This document shows, in pieces, positions 35,526 through 49,236 of a stretch of DNA of 64,000 nucleotides. The DNA lies in contig MU058449.1 in NCBI GenBank assembly GCA_013265495.1, positions 544,176-608,175 of the forward strand. Reading direction: 5' to 3'. The notes under the pieces are model-generated. The model had not been told where the DNA came from and searched no databases. It worked only from the letters and a program-made list of their open reading frames with translations. The translations under genes were made by a program, and so were the position numbers. This stretch comes from Vicugna vicugna (Eukaryota). The stretch's first letter is position 1, and each line of letters begins with the position of its first letter.

Positions 35526-36929
35526 ATTCTCATTACAGAGCAGTGTCAAAAGGTATTTGGAGCTAATGGGTCTAGAGCTTGGAAGAGAATTCCACGGTAT
35601 AGAAATGAACTCGTGACCTGAGATCCTATATCAAACCTATTGTAAGGCAAGGCTACCCAGTCACTTTACCTCTCCCAGAGACAGCCGAGAACTGGAGTGA
35701 CACACTCAAATCTCTGCAGAGGCTGTGCGGTAGGGTAAAGGCGTGAAGTAAAACTGTGGAAGACAAATAGCGAGTGGTGAGGTGTGACTCATGGAAAACT
35801 CTATCTTAGAGGACATGACCACTCAGCTCCAGAATCTGGGCTCATATTACTAAATATGCTAATTCATAAGAAGAAAATACAAATCCAGATTCTTAGGTAA
35901 AATGTCATTTTTTTCCAAAAGGTTGAGAACTAATTCAATTTTAACAGTCCCACAGTTATATGCATTAAATAAGGCATCCTCTAGCAAGCTTTGTCCTGTG
36001 AACCACCAGTTTGCACTTCTGGCCTATCAGTGTCTCCCAAAGAGCCATTTTTTTTTCATTTGTTCTTTTTCCTTTATATTCTGAAAGACAATGGAGCACA
36101 AGGCTTAACACAAAGGCAGTGGCCCCCAAAAGGCCTGAGCCCAGCCCTCAGGTCTGCAATTTTAGCAATTACTCAATTTCTCTAAACCATAAGTTTTGGA
36201 TGAAAGTAATATCTACTTTGGATAATCATTATAAGAACTAAATGAGATACTATAAGTCATGTATCTGGTAAAGTGTAGAACAAATCATACATTATCAATT
36301 AAGTGTGGGCGATACATTTGCCTCTCAGATATATAACCTTATTTCTCCAGAGTACTGAGTTTATCCAGCCAAGATTTTACTACCTCCTACCAATCTTACC
36401 CCAAATGAAAAGGAGGGTGACATCCCAACACATTCCTTACCTCTTTGTTCATGGCTTCAGTCTTCCCAGCTACCACAGCCAGGACCAACTCTTCAAGGCC
36501 CTCACCTGGAAAGGCTAGAAAAGAGATTTAGGTCTGATACTTTCTTGGACTTTCCTCAGGGGAAGTTCTCCTTTCTTCCAATTTTTTTCTTTCCTTTATC
36601 CACTGGATTTTTGTTTCAGGCTTTTAGGAGCTTATAAAAATATCTACTTATTAAGTTAAGAGTCAAAACATGAATGCATAGAAATTTTGTGAGTTCCATT
36701 TTTTAACCATTTATCATTTGTTGTACAGCCTTAAGGAAGCTGCTGCATTTGTCTGGGCTCTGGTTCCTTTATCTGCAAATAAGGGACTTGTCATCAATGA
36801 GTTCTAGGGCTCCTTCCCTCTTGTAAGAGTCTTTGCTTTCTGGCTATGTCTGTTTGTTCTGGCCTGAGCTTTCATCATGCCTCTAGTGAAAGTGGGCCAG
36901 CTGTTTTTAGGTGCTTGGCCTGAGATGAA

Positions 36930-37290
36930 GCAGAGAAAGATGCAGCAGCGAGATCATAAGATTTCTTCAGGTACATGGACTTTACACTTTACCCCAATCA
37001 TAGTATCCGAGAATGGGTAGAATGAGTGTTTTAAGTGAGTGGATAATATCATCAGTGTTACTTTTACTAAAGATCACTCTGGCTGCAAAATGGAAAGCAA
37101 ATTGGAGGGTGTTATGGAAGCAAGGGGCCAAACTAGAAGGCTGTAAAAATTTCTCGCAGGACAGGATGGTGATTTGGACAAGGATAATGGCAGAAGACAT
37201 AAAGAGAACAGGGAAAACTGACAGATGGTTGAGAGAAAACTTGTATAGGACTTTGTGTTGTTTGGATGTTGGAAACAGAGCGAAATAGTG
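36930..37290 (-). mobile_element. L2 fragment
   Basis: aaagatcactctggctgca..tggaaagcaaattggaggg. Confidence 0.65.
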
Positions 37291-37894
37291 CCCATGGGTA
37301 TAAGAACAGGTATGAGTAGGGAGAAGTAATAAGTTCTCTGGCCCTTAGGAAAGCAGACAGCAGTGTTCTGGCAGACTCTACAGCCTTTACTTCCAGCTTG
37401 GCATCATTGTAGCAATGGAAAGGGAGATGCCTGAGGGAGCGATCCTGTGCTGTTATCTGAGGTGATTCACATAATATAATTTCAGGTCTCTGTCCACAGA
37501 GATGCTGGAGACTTTAAGCTTAAGAAATATACAATGCTTTTATTCAATGGTGGTCACTCATGAACTCACAAACTGATCAACGTATACTGAGCCCTTTTTC
37601 ATCCAAGTATGTGTTAAACCAATAGGGATACAAAAATAAGTAAGACATACAGACATACATAGATCATAGAATTTATAATTGGACCAAAGCAACCAATCTT
37701 TAAATAATTAATGGCTAATAATTGTCAAAATTTTGTTGTAGAAATCAGTACAGTGTGAAAGGAAAAACAATTCAGATCTATAGTACTATACTTGGAGCAG
37801 GAGGGGGTCAGGAATGTATTCATAGAGGAAGTGTACTTAAGCTGGACTCTGTTAAAGAGGTAAATGAAAGAAAGAGGCATTGAAGAAATTTATC

Positions 37895-38383
37895 TGTCCT
37901 CAGCAGAATAATGCCCCCCACAAGGATTCCAATGCCCCAACCCCCAAAACTTGTGAATATGCTACTTTATAAGGCAAAAGATACTTTGCAGTTGTAATTA
38001 AGGTCAGAGACCTTGAACTAGGGAGATTATCTTGGATTATCCAGGTAAAAGCAGAGAACCTTTCCTGGCTGTGGTCAGAGGGAGGTGTGACTATGGAGGA
38101 AGGCACAGGGAGATGTAACATTGCTGGCTTTGAATACGGAGGGAGAGAGCCATGAGTCAAGAAATCTGAGTAGCCTCAGAGGCTAGAAAAGGCAAGGAAT
38201 CAGATTCTACCCTAGTGTCTCCTGAAAAGAATGCAGGCATGCCAACACCTTGATTTTAGCCCAGTGAGATAGTAAGATTCGTGTCAGACTTCTAATGCAT
38301 AGAATTGTCAGATAACGCTTTTGTGTTGTTTTAAGCCATTAAGTTGATGATGATTTGTTATGCAACAGTAGAAAGTTAATATG
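37895..38383 (+). mobile_element. MLT1D-like MaLR LTR
   Basis: cagaataatgcccccc..ttgtgaatatg..ggagattatcttggattatccaggt..aaaggcaagga..gccaacaccttgattttagcccagtgaga. Confidence 0.9.
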
Positions 38384-39721
38384 GCATTCCTGACGTAAAA
38401 CACACCAGAAGCAAAGGTTTAGGTGTAAGTGACAGTGTGATGCATTTCTGTTATACCAACGAAGTGCTGCACTTCATCAGACGTAATAACAGGTATAGTA
38501 GAGAAAAGCAGGTACTGAATGATGGAAAGCCTCTGTGCATATATACAGCCTTGCTACTGTCTTCTACTTATCAGACACCTATTGAAAGGTTTCAGATGTG
38601 GTTACAGTTATATTTTAAAAAGGTCTTTCAAGCAGCTAATCTCAATGCACAGGATGATAAGATAATCCAGGAAAAGTTTTAAATATGAGCTAAAACAACA
38701 GCAGTAGGAATCGATGGGCAGAAAAGCGATATCTTAGTAAGGGAGGATAGTCATAGTTTGCTGATCCAACCTGGTTTAAAACACGTATTTGCTTCCATGT
38801 CTACACCTAAGTGTGACTGTCTTGCAAGTGAGGACAGCGCTACTTTTCATGACAGTTAAGCAGCATGCTAGCCTCCTTTCTCAAACTGTCTTCAGGATGT
38901 CTTTAAATATTGTTGCATACGTCTGTAGATGAGTTGCTTTGTGGACTTTGTGAATTTCCTATAGATTATGTTTGTTTTTATAACAACAGAAACAACAACA
39001 AAAAAAACCTTAGTGATTTTGTTCTCTCCCTGCCTGTTCCCAGAACCCTCACTTCATAGTGGAATTATTGTAGCAACTCCCGTTGACCTCACTTCTTCAT
39101 CTTTCTCCAATTCAACCCATCCTGCTCAGGCTTTCAGACATGTCTTTCTTAAAATTTGATTTATCATGTTAGGTGTTTGTGGCAGAGATTAAGTTGGTTA
39201 GAATTTCCAAGATTTTTCTAGGTCCTCCAAAATTTGGTTCACTCACACCATTGAAAATTGTCCCTCAGTATTTGCCAAATTAAATGCTCTTTTCCAGCCA
39301 GACTAACATCCTTCATCACTTCTATGTGCCCTGTTGGTTTACTTCTTCTTGACCACAGAGTGAATCTACATTGCATATATATATAGGTTTAATAAATGCT
39401 ACTTGAATAGTAATCTCAATCTGTCCAAATTTTATCATTCTTTAAGGATTGGCTCAAACCCATTACATAGCATTTTGTTGCAACTACTCTTAAAATGTGA
39501 ATTAAACCTCTGGAGTCATATCACACATCACCTGTTTATTTAATCTTTTTTAAAATTTTCTATTATATGCCTGACTTCATGATAAATACTGTACTGCACA
39601 TTTTCTCACTCTCCCCCAACCCCAGGCCTCCACTAGATAGTGACTGCTGTGGAACTGAACATATAGTAGGTGCCAATAAATACTTACTGGTTGATCATTT
39701 ATTACCTCCATATTTCCCTTC

Positions 39722-40660
39722 TTATGTCCTATATATGTTAGACAACTTCCCCAAAACCTTCTCCCTGATTTGTCGAGTCTTTACACAGTACACAATGGGG
39801 TTCATTAGGGGCGGCAACAACAAGAATATATCTGCAATAAGGATTACAATAAGGGGGCTTTTGTGCTTGGCAAAGCGGTGTATGGCTGCCAGGGTGATGA
39901 TGGGTATGTAGAAAATGAGCACAGCACAGATGTGGGAGACGCAGGTGTTAAGGGCCTTGAGTCTCTCTGCCAGAGATGCGATGCTGAGTGCAGTCTTCAG
40001 GATCAACGTATAAGACAGAACAATTAAAGCCAAGTCCAGCATAGTGCAGAGAGCGACAAAGAAGCCATAGATAACATTAATCTTGTTGTCAGAGCAGGCC
40101 AGCTTCATGGTATCCTGATGAAGACAGTATGAGTGAGAGAGGACATTCTTCTGACAATATTTCAGTGTCCTTAGAGTGAAGGGAAATGGAAGCACTAAGA
40201 GAATGCTTCTGGTGGCTAAGATCAGTCCCGTTTTAGCAACTTTGTTGCTAGTGAGGAGAGAATTATATCTCAGGGGGTTGTGAATGGCAAGAAAACGATC
40301 CAGAGACATTGCTAGAAGTACTGAGGATTCCATGACCGTGAATCCATGGATGAAGAATTCTTGAGCAAAACAGGCATTGGGAGAAATTCCCATGGCATTG
40401 AATAAGAAGATTCTCATCATAGTAGGAAGAGAGGAGAAGGACAGGCCCAGATCACAGATTGCCAACATGGCAAGGAAATAATACATGGGCTCATGAAGTG
40501 AGGGCTCTGTCTTTATGAAAAAGAGGATGGCACTGTTGCCTAAGATGGCAACCAGATACATGAGACAAATGGGAATGGAGATCCATAGGTGAGCATGTTC
40601 CAGTCCTGGAATTCCAATCAGAAGGAAAAGCTGAACCTCAGAGTTGTTGAGAACAGACAT
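39722..40660 (-). CDS. OR51A7: Olfactory receptor 51A7 (312 aa, intact)
   Basis: ATG at 40660 gives MSVLNNSEV..; SLDRF, HQDTMKLAC and FAKHKSPL match recalled human OR51A7. The ORF-track start at 40702 is a GTG upstream of a splice acceptor (AG at 40694-40693). Confidence 0.95.
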   Translation of the reverse strand: MSVLNNSEVQLFLLIGIPGLEHAHLWISIPICLMYLVAILGNSAILFFIKTEPSLHEPMYYFLAMLAICDLGLSFSSLPTMMRIFLFNAMGISPNACFAQEFFIHGFTVMESSVLLAMSLDRFLAIHNPLRYNSLLTSNKVAKTGLILATRSILLVLPFPFTLRTLKYCQKNVLSHSYCLHQDTMKLACSDNKINVIYGFFVALCTMLDLALIVLSYTLILKTALSIASLAERLKALNTCVSHICAVLIFYIPIITLAAIHRFAKHKSPLIVILIADIFLLLPPLMNPIVYCVKTRQIREKVLGKLSNIYRT

Positions 40661-42276
40661 AATCAGTGGGAATATGAGCTCACTGGCCAGATCTGAAATC
40701 ACATAAAAAGAAAGCAGTCACACTTTTGGATAAAACTTGGTGTTGGGAGATTAAGTTGTTTTTAAATACACTACTTAGAAACATATTTGATGTAATATTA
40801 ATAAAATTTAATTTTGAACATTTATCCAATGTCCTTAAACATGTTCATGTCCTCCAACATGGGAATTTTACTTATAACAATTGATCCTAAGATCTTTTTT
40901 GCCAAATATTAAAATTGTGTCAAAGTAAAGCTGCTTTGATTCAGTCAGTGACGGACACTCAGAATCTCTTCCACATGAAGCTCAGTCATCCCCCTGTTGG
41001 CGTCATAACAAGATCCCTGACTTCATGGAAGAAAGTTTAAAAATAATAATGTAAGAAAATAATCAGAGATCCGGGAAAATATCTACACTATGGTGAATAT
41101 TAAATGCTAGAAAGTAAATTTATAGACTAATTTGTCTTAAGTTCATGAGGTTGGTACTTATTATCCACATTTTACACATGAGTATAAACATTTTTCTAGA
41201 CTCTATAAATCATGAACAGATATCTTTCAAATATTAATATTGATTATAGAATGATTTCCAAAAGAAGAAGTGGGAGAAATGGAGCAGGATACACCTTGGG
41301 AGTTATGTATCCTTACTGTCTTCATGTTTGTAGTCCTATACGAAATGTGACAGCTCCTAGCTCAAGGACTTGTGGGCCACACTTTAGGTTATTATTTCAC
41401 TGTTACAAGGAAAAGTGTTGAAGCCACCTACATTTTCAATAGTAGACTTGTTTTTACACAGAGTGTGCTTTTGGATGTGGGTTTGAACTTCAGGAGAAAT
41501 AGCTCAACAGAGGTATCTGAGGTCATGAAAATAGATCACCAGGAAAAATGCAAAAGATACAAAGTTCAAATCTCAGATAGAATCCTGAGGAGCGGCAAGA
41601 TTGTTGACAGCATCTCTCATGAGACTATCCAGAGATCTGGGGGAAAAACCATGAGCGTGGGATCTAGTGGATGCCCAAGGAAGAGACTACTGCAATGAAG
41701 ATAGTCACCAGATCAAGTGTTGCCAAGATTTCTTAGAATTTCTATAGTCTGACACAAAAACATCTGGGTATAAATCTCCACTTGGCAATTTACTGTCTGT
41801 GTGAATTTAGGTATGCTGCTTAGGACTTCAAGCACATGTTTACTCTTTATCTTTATAAACGATAGTGTCTGTCACATAGTTATTTTAGGTGATCTGATAT
41901 AGTCTTTAATAGAATGAAGGCAATTAGTAAATACCAAATACTAGTAATTATTTCAACAAAATTCCCTAACCATTTCTTCAACACATCCTAGACAGGCTGA
42001 AGAGACCTTTTTCTTTCCTTCTTTTAATTGACAATAAGGCTTACTATTATTTCTCATACTATCAAGTAAATGGGATCCTACTAAGATCAGAGTTAATAAA
42101 ATCATGTTTAATCTTCAGACCATGCAACCCTGTCCATAGTCCATTTGCACACACACGCACACGCACCCCCCCCCACATAAGCCACTTCCTCTTCCTCCCC
42201 GTGGCTATTTTTTTAGATATGAGCTGTTTAACAAAGCCCTTGCTTTAGGTTTCCAAAGGGATTTTTAACCACTTGC

Positions 42277-42472
42277 ACGTACCAAAGCTAGATGCTCAGT
42301 ATGTCCTTGAAAGATAAGAGCAAGAACCCTCAACTTTAACCTCCACTTTATCTAGATGTACCTACTTCTATTTCCCTCGGGGATGCAGGCCCTTGGGAGG
42401 AATAGAAAAACAGCCTGCTCTCTGGGATCTCCGAGGAAACTTAAATAGAAAGAGTTTGACCCAGTACATTAA
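42277..42472 (-). promoter_or_regulatory. Candidate OR51A7 promoter (O/E site cluster)
   Basis: TCCCTCGGGG 42373-42382, GCCCTTGGGA 42389-42398, CTCTCTGGGA 42418-42427, TTAATG 42472-42467, donor-like TG|GTACGT at 42282. Confidence 0.45.
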
Positions 42473-42899
42473 CTCTTCGGTACCCAGCGACACCAGCAGG
42501 ACCTAGAGACAAGTTGTGAGGAAAGCAATTGGAAAACCACTCAAGTGAGAGATGAAGGCTAGAAATCATATTGACAGAGGAAGCATGATATACAGCAGTC
42601 ATAGAGACTGGGCAACACAACTCAAAGAACAGGTTATATATAATCAAAATATTTCAGTTCCAATTTGAGGCCACACCACTTTCCTCTTTTGCCTCAGTTT
42701 AATCATCCACAAAATGAAAATAACAATACACAAATATCACATATTTAAGAAAGTACTTTACAAACTATAAAATGGTTTGCCAATGATTCCATTTACTTAC
42801 TTGATCACTTTTGGCAAATGTCAATAGCTGAGCCTCCTGCCACTCCCTGTTAGATTTCCAACCGAGTAATCCAAAATTATGTGTGTTCCAGGCTAATGT

Positions 42900-45040
42900 A
42901 AAATAATACAAGGGGGAAATTCAAATAAACAGAAAAGAATTAAGAAAACTAAAAGGGGTAAATATGTGAGTAAACATAAAATATTTTTTATCTTTTCTCA
43001 ATTGCTGGAAAAGATACTTTATTTTTTCAAGGTAAGAGAATTATGATACATTGATAGATTCATAACAAAGGTAGAAATGTATACTTGGCAATAATTGCAT
43101 GCAGGTCAAAATGAGATAAATGGAAGTATACTGTTAAAGGTTTATTATATTATTTATGGGGCAGTATAATATTAACTCATGATGGACTCTGATAAATTAA
43201 GGTTGCATACCATAATCCAAGGAGTAACTGTAAAAAGACAAAAAACAAAAAAGTGTAGACAAAAACTCAACTGAGGAAATAAAATAGAATATTGAAACAT
43301 ACTTGAATTGATTTGATTTAAAGATTTAAAATAAATAAGTGAAGTTGTGGCAGAGAAAACAGATGGGACAATGAGGAAGCAAAATAATGACAGACATAAA
43401 AACTAACTGTATTAATAATTGCATTAACTCTAATGGGCTAAAGACCCCAATGATGAAACAGCACTTGTCACACTAGATTAAAAAACATGCTGATGACAAA
43501 AGTTGCGTGTGAAATAAAAGACACAGATAGGTTAAGCATAAAAGGATGGAAAAAAAATATGCCATGCATTCCAATACATATGGTGAATGTAGCCATGGAT
43601 CCCTGACCACATCGGATTTAAAGCAAGATATATCACCAAGAAAAAAGGAGACATTTTGTAGTGATGAAAGAGTCATCAGGAAGTCATAACAATCTTTTTT
43701 TTAATTGATGTATAATCAGTTTACAATGTTGTGTCAATTTCTGGTGTTCCACATAATAGTTTGGTCATACATACATATATTCATCTTCATATTCTTTTTC
43801 ATTATAGGTTACTATAAGATATTGAATATAGTTCCCTGTGCTATACGGTGTAAACTTGTTGTTTATCTGTTTAATATATAGTAGTTAGTATCTGTAAATC
43901 TCAAACTCCCAGTTTATCCCTTCCCACTCCCTTTCTCCCCTGGTAACCATAAGTTTATTTTCTATGTCTGTGAGTCTGTTTCTATTTTGTAAATAAGTTC
44001 ATTTGTCTTTTTTTTTTCATATTCCACATATAAACAATATCATATGTTGTTTTTCTTTCTCCTTCTGGCTTACTTCATTTAGAATGACCATCACCAGGTC
44101 CATCCATGTTTCTGCAAATGGCATTGTTTTATTCTTTTTTATGGCTGATTAATATTCCACTGTATAAATATACCACAACTCCTTTATCCATTCATGTGTC
44201 AATGGACATTTAGGTTGTTTCCACATCTTGGATATTGTAAATAGTGTTGCTATGAACATTTGGGTGCATGTGTCTTTTGAATTAAGGTTCCCTCTGGATA
44301 TATATCCAGAAGTGGGATTGCTAGATCATATGGTAAGTCTATTTTTAGTCTTTTGAGGAATCTCCATACTGTTTTCCATAACAACTACACCAAACTACAT
44401 TCCCACCAGCAGTGTAGGAAGGTTCCCTTTTCTCCACACCCTCTCCAGCATTTGTTGTTTCTGAACATTTGAGTGATGACCATTCTGACTGGTATGAGGT
44501 GATACCTCATTATAGTTTTGATTTGCATTTCTCTGATAATCAGTGATACTGAGCATTTTTTTCATGTGCTTTTTGACCATTTGTGTGTCTTCATTGAAGA
44601 ATTTTTGTTTAGGTCTTCTGCCCACTTTTGGATTGGGTTGTTTTTTTTTTTTTTTTTAATAAAGTTGTATGAGCTGTTTATATATTCTGGAAATTAAGCC
44701 CTTGTCAGTTTCATCTTTTGCAAATATTTTCTCCCATTCTGTTGGTTGTCTTTTTGCTTTGCTTATGGTTTCCTTTGCTGTGCAAAAGCTTATGAGTTTA
44801 GTTAAGTTCTGTTTGAAGAAATCATAACAATCTTAATGTCTATCCATGTAATAGGAAAGCTTCAAAATACACACAAACAAGTAACAGGACTAAAAAGAAA
44901 AAGACAAATTCATAATCAGATTTGAAGATTTTAGTACTTCCCCGGTTGAATGTTACTTGGTTGTATATGTAGATAAAAATCATTTGAACTTATACTTCAG
45001 TTGTCTACATATTACTCTATGTAAATTTCAATAATAAAAA
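42900..45040 (+). mobile_element. Old L1M fragments (ORF1-ORF2 junction region and 3' piece) split by a younger L1
   Basis: taataattgcattaa..aatgggctaaa..ccaat (EN start) and aaaggagacattttgtagtgatgaaag..ataacaatc. Confidence 0.65.
43697..44817 (-). mobile_element. Younger 5'-truncated L1 (~1.1 kb) with 17-bp TSD
   Basis: ORF2 C-terminus and 3' UTR. TSD gaa(g/a)tcataacaatctt at 43680-43696 and 44818-44834, with a TT/AAGA endonuclease site. Confidence 0.92.
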
Positions 45041-45589
45041 ATGGAAAACAACTCCATTGGCTATAAGAAAAAAAAGAAGAAACAAAGAAATGATGAACTT
45101 AAACTAATATATCAATTAATTTGGAATTAAATGGTGTCTTGGTAGCTTTAAGTGCTTTCCCTAATCTCTGGGGCAGGCTCTCCTTCGTATGATATGTTCA
45201 GGTCTCCAGAATTGGTGGAATATCCCAGTCTGAACTTTTCATGACCTGTGGAAACCAATGAGTTAACACTATGGCCCTATACCAGGCCCTCTTCTGGGAA
45301 TTTCTACAAAATTTCTCAGGGAAATCATTTGTTTACAGAACATAGTAAAGATGGAAGAATTGGTGTCCCGTGAGTACAGAACTCAGAACACAGTTCAAGG
45401 AGTCTGTGATCTCTATATAAAGGTCTCGGTCAACAGATGTGGTACTGAGGCTGAGAAGCCTCTGGCCTAAAGTCACCTTTGTTTCACTGTGTGGTTAAAT
45501 GGTAAGTGCAATAGTGCCCTAACATAATATTGTCTCAGTATGGCACTGTATCCTGGCACGTGTCTGAAATGTGAGTACTCTATGAACTG

Positions 45590-46335
45590 GGACTTAGAGA
45601 AGAAGACTATGACTAAGGGTGGCTTGATGGAAGCTCCAGAATTTTGATATAGGAGGGGCTCAGAGGTTAAAAAATAATACAATGGGGAAATGGAGGGAAC
45701 TTTTTTGGGAAGAGGAATTGGAGGTTGGATCAATTGCCAGAGGCCAATGATTTAGTCGATCATTCCTACATAATGAAGTTTCCATAAAACCTGAAAGACA
45801 GGGTTTGGAAAGTTTATAGGTTGGTGAACACATGAAGATTTGGGGAACAGTTACACACTCAGGGAAGCATAAAGACTCCATGCTCTTGCCACACACCTTT
45901 TCCTTTGCATCTCTTCCATCTGGCTGCTCATGAGTTCTGTGAGCTGCTCTAGCAAATTAGTCACCCTCTAGGAGGGCTGTGAAAACCTCTCATTTATACC
46001 CAGATGTTTGTAAGTACAGGTAGCACCCTGTACTTGTGACTGGCATCTGGAGTCCATGAAGGGGTATGTGGAACCCTCTAATCAGTAGCCAGTTAGTCAC
46101 AAACACAGGTGACAACCTAGACTTGTGGTGGGCACCTGAAGTGTATGTTTAGGGGGCAATCTTAAAGGACTCAGCTCTTAACCTGTGGGGTATGATGCTA
46201 TCTGTGGGTAGACAGTGTCAGAATTGAGTTGAATAGTTTTAGGACACCTTGCTGGTATCCCAAGAATTGCTTGGTGTTGTCTCGGATGCACCCCTTCCCC
46301 ACCAACACACACACACACACATTGGAACTGGTTCT
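45590..46335 (+). mobile_element. MER21-like LTR
   Basis: ggccaatgattta.tc.atcat..cctacataatgaag, ggttggtgaacacat, cttgtgactggcatctg, gtgtcagaattgagttgaat. Confidence 0.75.
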
Positions 46336-48302
46336 CATAAATCTTTTAGTCATAATGTATTGAAATAGATGCTAAATTTATAGCAATAACAAAAAAACAT
46401 AAAATTGACACTGCAATGGGTCAAAATTGTAGTAACTAGGTATATGTCACAGTTTTGGATATTAATAAGAATGTAAATTATATAGTTCACTGTGATCTTT
46501 GAATCAGAGGTAAAAGACAAAGAGCTAGTCAAAGCAAGAAACATACCTCTCCCCATCTTCAAATCAGAGAAAATCCTCACATAAGGCTTATGGATAATAC
46601 CTGCTCTGAAAGAAGGAAAGAATCTTCAAGCACCTACTCAGAGGGAAGAAATAATTCCCAACATCAGTTCAGTTTAATGGAAATCAATTCAGTTTAATAA
46701 GTTTCAACTAATAATGACTGAATGTGTGCTGTTTGTCAGGAACCATGCTTGATATTGATAATATCAAGATCCTTAAACACAAACTGTGATCTTAATAAAC
46801 TTATTGGCTACTGAGGAACCATGGAAAGCAATCAAGTAATCAGCCAATCGCAGGACCACTGTGATACTGTAATAGAGTTAGAATGCAAGTTACAGTGAAG
46901 GGCATAGACTCTGCTTGGAGTGATCAGGAGGGAAGAATTCAAGGAGTAAGCCACTGCTGGTTTGACCTAATTAGACTTGTCAAGGAGCTATCTCTGTACA
47001 CTTTCACCCTGGGGATTTTAGAGGTCAGAGAGTGTCTACTACCCAGATTACGACATAACCACTGCCTTATCCTTTTCAAAAGTGCACCTCAGGTCTAGAA
47101 GAGGCTTTATCCTTAATGACAATTCACTAGCATCTCATTCTGGAGGATGAACTGGATGAAAACATTGTGTTTCTGATTCCTAATAGTCAAGAGTCCTCTA
47201 ACAAAACCTGAACCTCCCAATTAAACACTTTCTCTAGGCAAAGAGGGTAGAAACTGATAAGCATTATGTATCTTGAAATCTCATTGTCTCCAGTGAACTT
47301 AATTCCAAAAAGAAAGGTACAGTCTTACAGGTACATAGTTAACTCAGTTGTCTATGAAAAATCTCTATAGTTGTAGAACATCTATGTATCTTATGGTGTC
47401 AGAAAAAAAGGGATCCAGACAGTATCTATCTCCTGCATCACCAACATACTATGTCTCTAACCTTGCCACCCACCATGGCTGGCCAACAGTCCAGCTGACC
47501 AAACCACTTTATATCTATGAGAGTCTATGCTGGACTTCAGAGAAAGTCCAAGAATCCTTTCTCTCTCCCCAAGCTCAAGGATGGAGAACACTGCTATGTA
47601 TTGGTCATTTTTAAGGACATTCTATCTGCTTACATACAAGAAGATGGGATTTTTCGCTGTGCTGTAAGAGAGGGTTAAGTCAAGCACACATGACCTATTT
47701 TCTGTCCTTCCTTTGTGCTGCTTCCAATGAAGAGCTTGTGAGTAAAATCAACTTTAAAAGCTCAAGGCCTGGCCTGAAAAATGTTTGGAGCAAAAGACTC
47801 TAGAAATCAGAGAAAACACTTACTAACTGCTGTCACATATTGAAATCCTCCTCTCCTGATTTTTTTTTTTATTCTAGGCTTACTCTAAATCAAGCAAAAA
47901 GAGTTACCTTATAGTTCAGCCTGACTTTCTAAGTTGCTTCATTAGATTAGGGGTGAGTAGGGGCAAAGCCTCATAGTAAAAGGGGAATTTATTTGTAGGT
48001 CATGCTCTTTATGTGGATATTATTTTCTGAGCACTTTATGGAGAAGTGTGATTGATCCAGACAGTACCTATATTCCTGATTCTCCTTGTCAATTAACATT
48101 ATCTGACTCTATTATCAATAGTCTGTTTAGAAGAACTACCCCATTCTTTTATTGCCTATTATGAGAAGGCTTTCAAAACTGTATTTTCTTTGTTTCTGTC
48201 TTAGACAAAAGTACAGAAAGGAGGGAGATGAGAGTAATAGACCTATGTTGAGAGTGTCATTTCAGATTCAGGAATAAATAAATACTTTCCAACCAATTCA
48301 TC

Positions 48303-49236
48303 ATGCACACTCTCAATTCCTCTAAAGTTGAGATCACCACCTTCTTCCTGATTGGCATCCCAGGGCTGGAGTATGTTCATGTTTGGATCTCTGTCCCCAT
48401 CTCCCTCATGTACCTGGTGGCCATCTTGGGCAACTGTACCATCCTCTTTGTGATCAGGACGGAGCCCTCACTCCACGCACCCATGTACTACTTCCTTTCC
48501 ATGTTGGCTGCCTCTGACCTGGGCCTGTCCCTCTCATCCCTCCCCACTATGCTGAGGCTCTTTGTTTTCAATGCTACAGGGATTTCCCCAAATGCCTGCT
48601 TTGCTCAAGAATTCTTTATCCATGGATTCACAGACATGGAGTCCTCAATGCTCCTGGTCATGTCTTTTGACTGCTTTTTGGCCATTCACAGCCCTCTGAT
48701 ATACAGCTCCATCCTCACCAATGCCAGAGTGGCCAAAATGGGCCTGGTGTTTCTCATTAAAAATATGTTCTCAGTGCTCCCATTTCCTTTCACTCTCAAA
48801 AGATTGATCTATTGTAGGAAAAGCCTGCTTTCTCACTCTTATTGTCTCCGTCAGGATGTATGAAGCTGGCCTGCTCTGACAACACAGTCAACTTTTTCTA
48901 TGGTTTCTTTGTTGCCCCCTGTATGATGACAGACAGTGTGTTCATTGCTGTGTCCTATGTATTCATCCTGAAGACCGTGATGGGAATTGGTTCCCATAGG
49001 AGCGGCTCAAGGCTCTCAACACCTGTGTCTACCACATATATGCCGTACTTATCTTCTATGTGCCCATCATTGCTTTGGCCTCCATGCACTGCTTTGGTAA
49101 GCACAAGTCCCCAGTGGCCATGGTCCTCATTGCTGACATTTTCTTGCTGGTACCACCTCTGATGAACCCCATCATCTACTGTGTGAAGACGCGGCAAATT
49201 CGTGAGAAAGTTCTGGGGAAATTGGGTCTGAAATAA
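48303..49236 (+). pseudogene. OR51A-subfamily pseudogene (OR51A6P-like by position)
   Basis: OR homology in three frames, with 1-bp deletions at ~48859 (QDV/MKLAC) and ~48998 (GSH/ERLKALNTC). The last frame ends KTRQIREKVLGKLGLK-TAA at 49234-49236. DRF is mutated to DCF. Confidence 0.92.

Noticed and set aside
40661..40702. N-terminal extensions of OR51A7 (40702) and OR51T1 (56416) in the ORF track
   Set aside because: Both starts lie upstream of predicted splice acceptors, and the downstream ATGs match the recalled orthologue N-termini.
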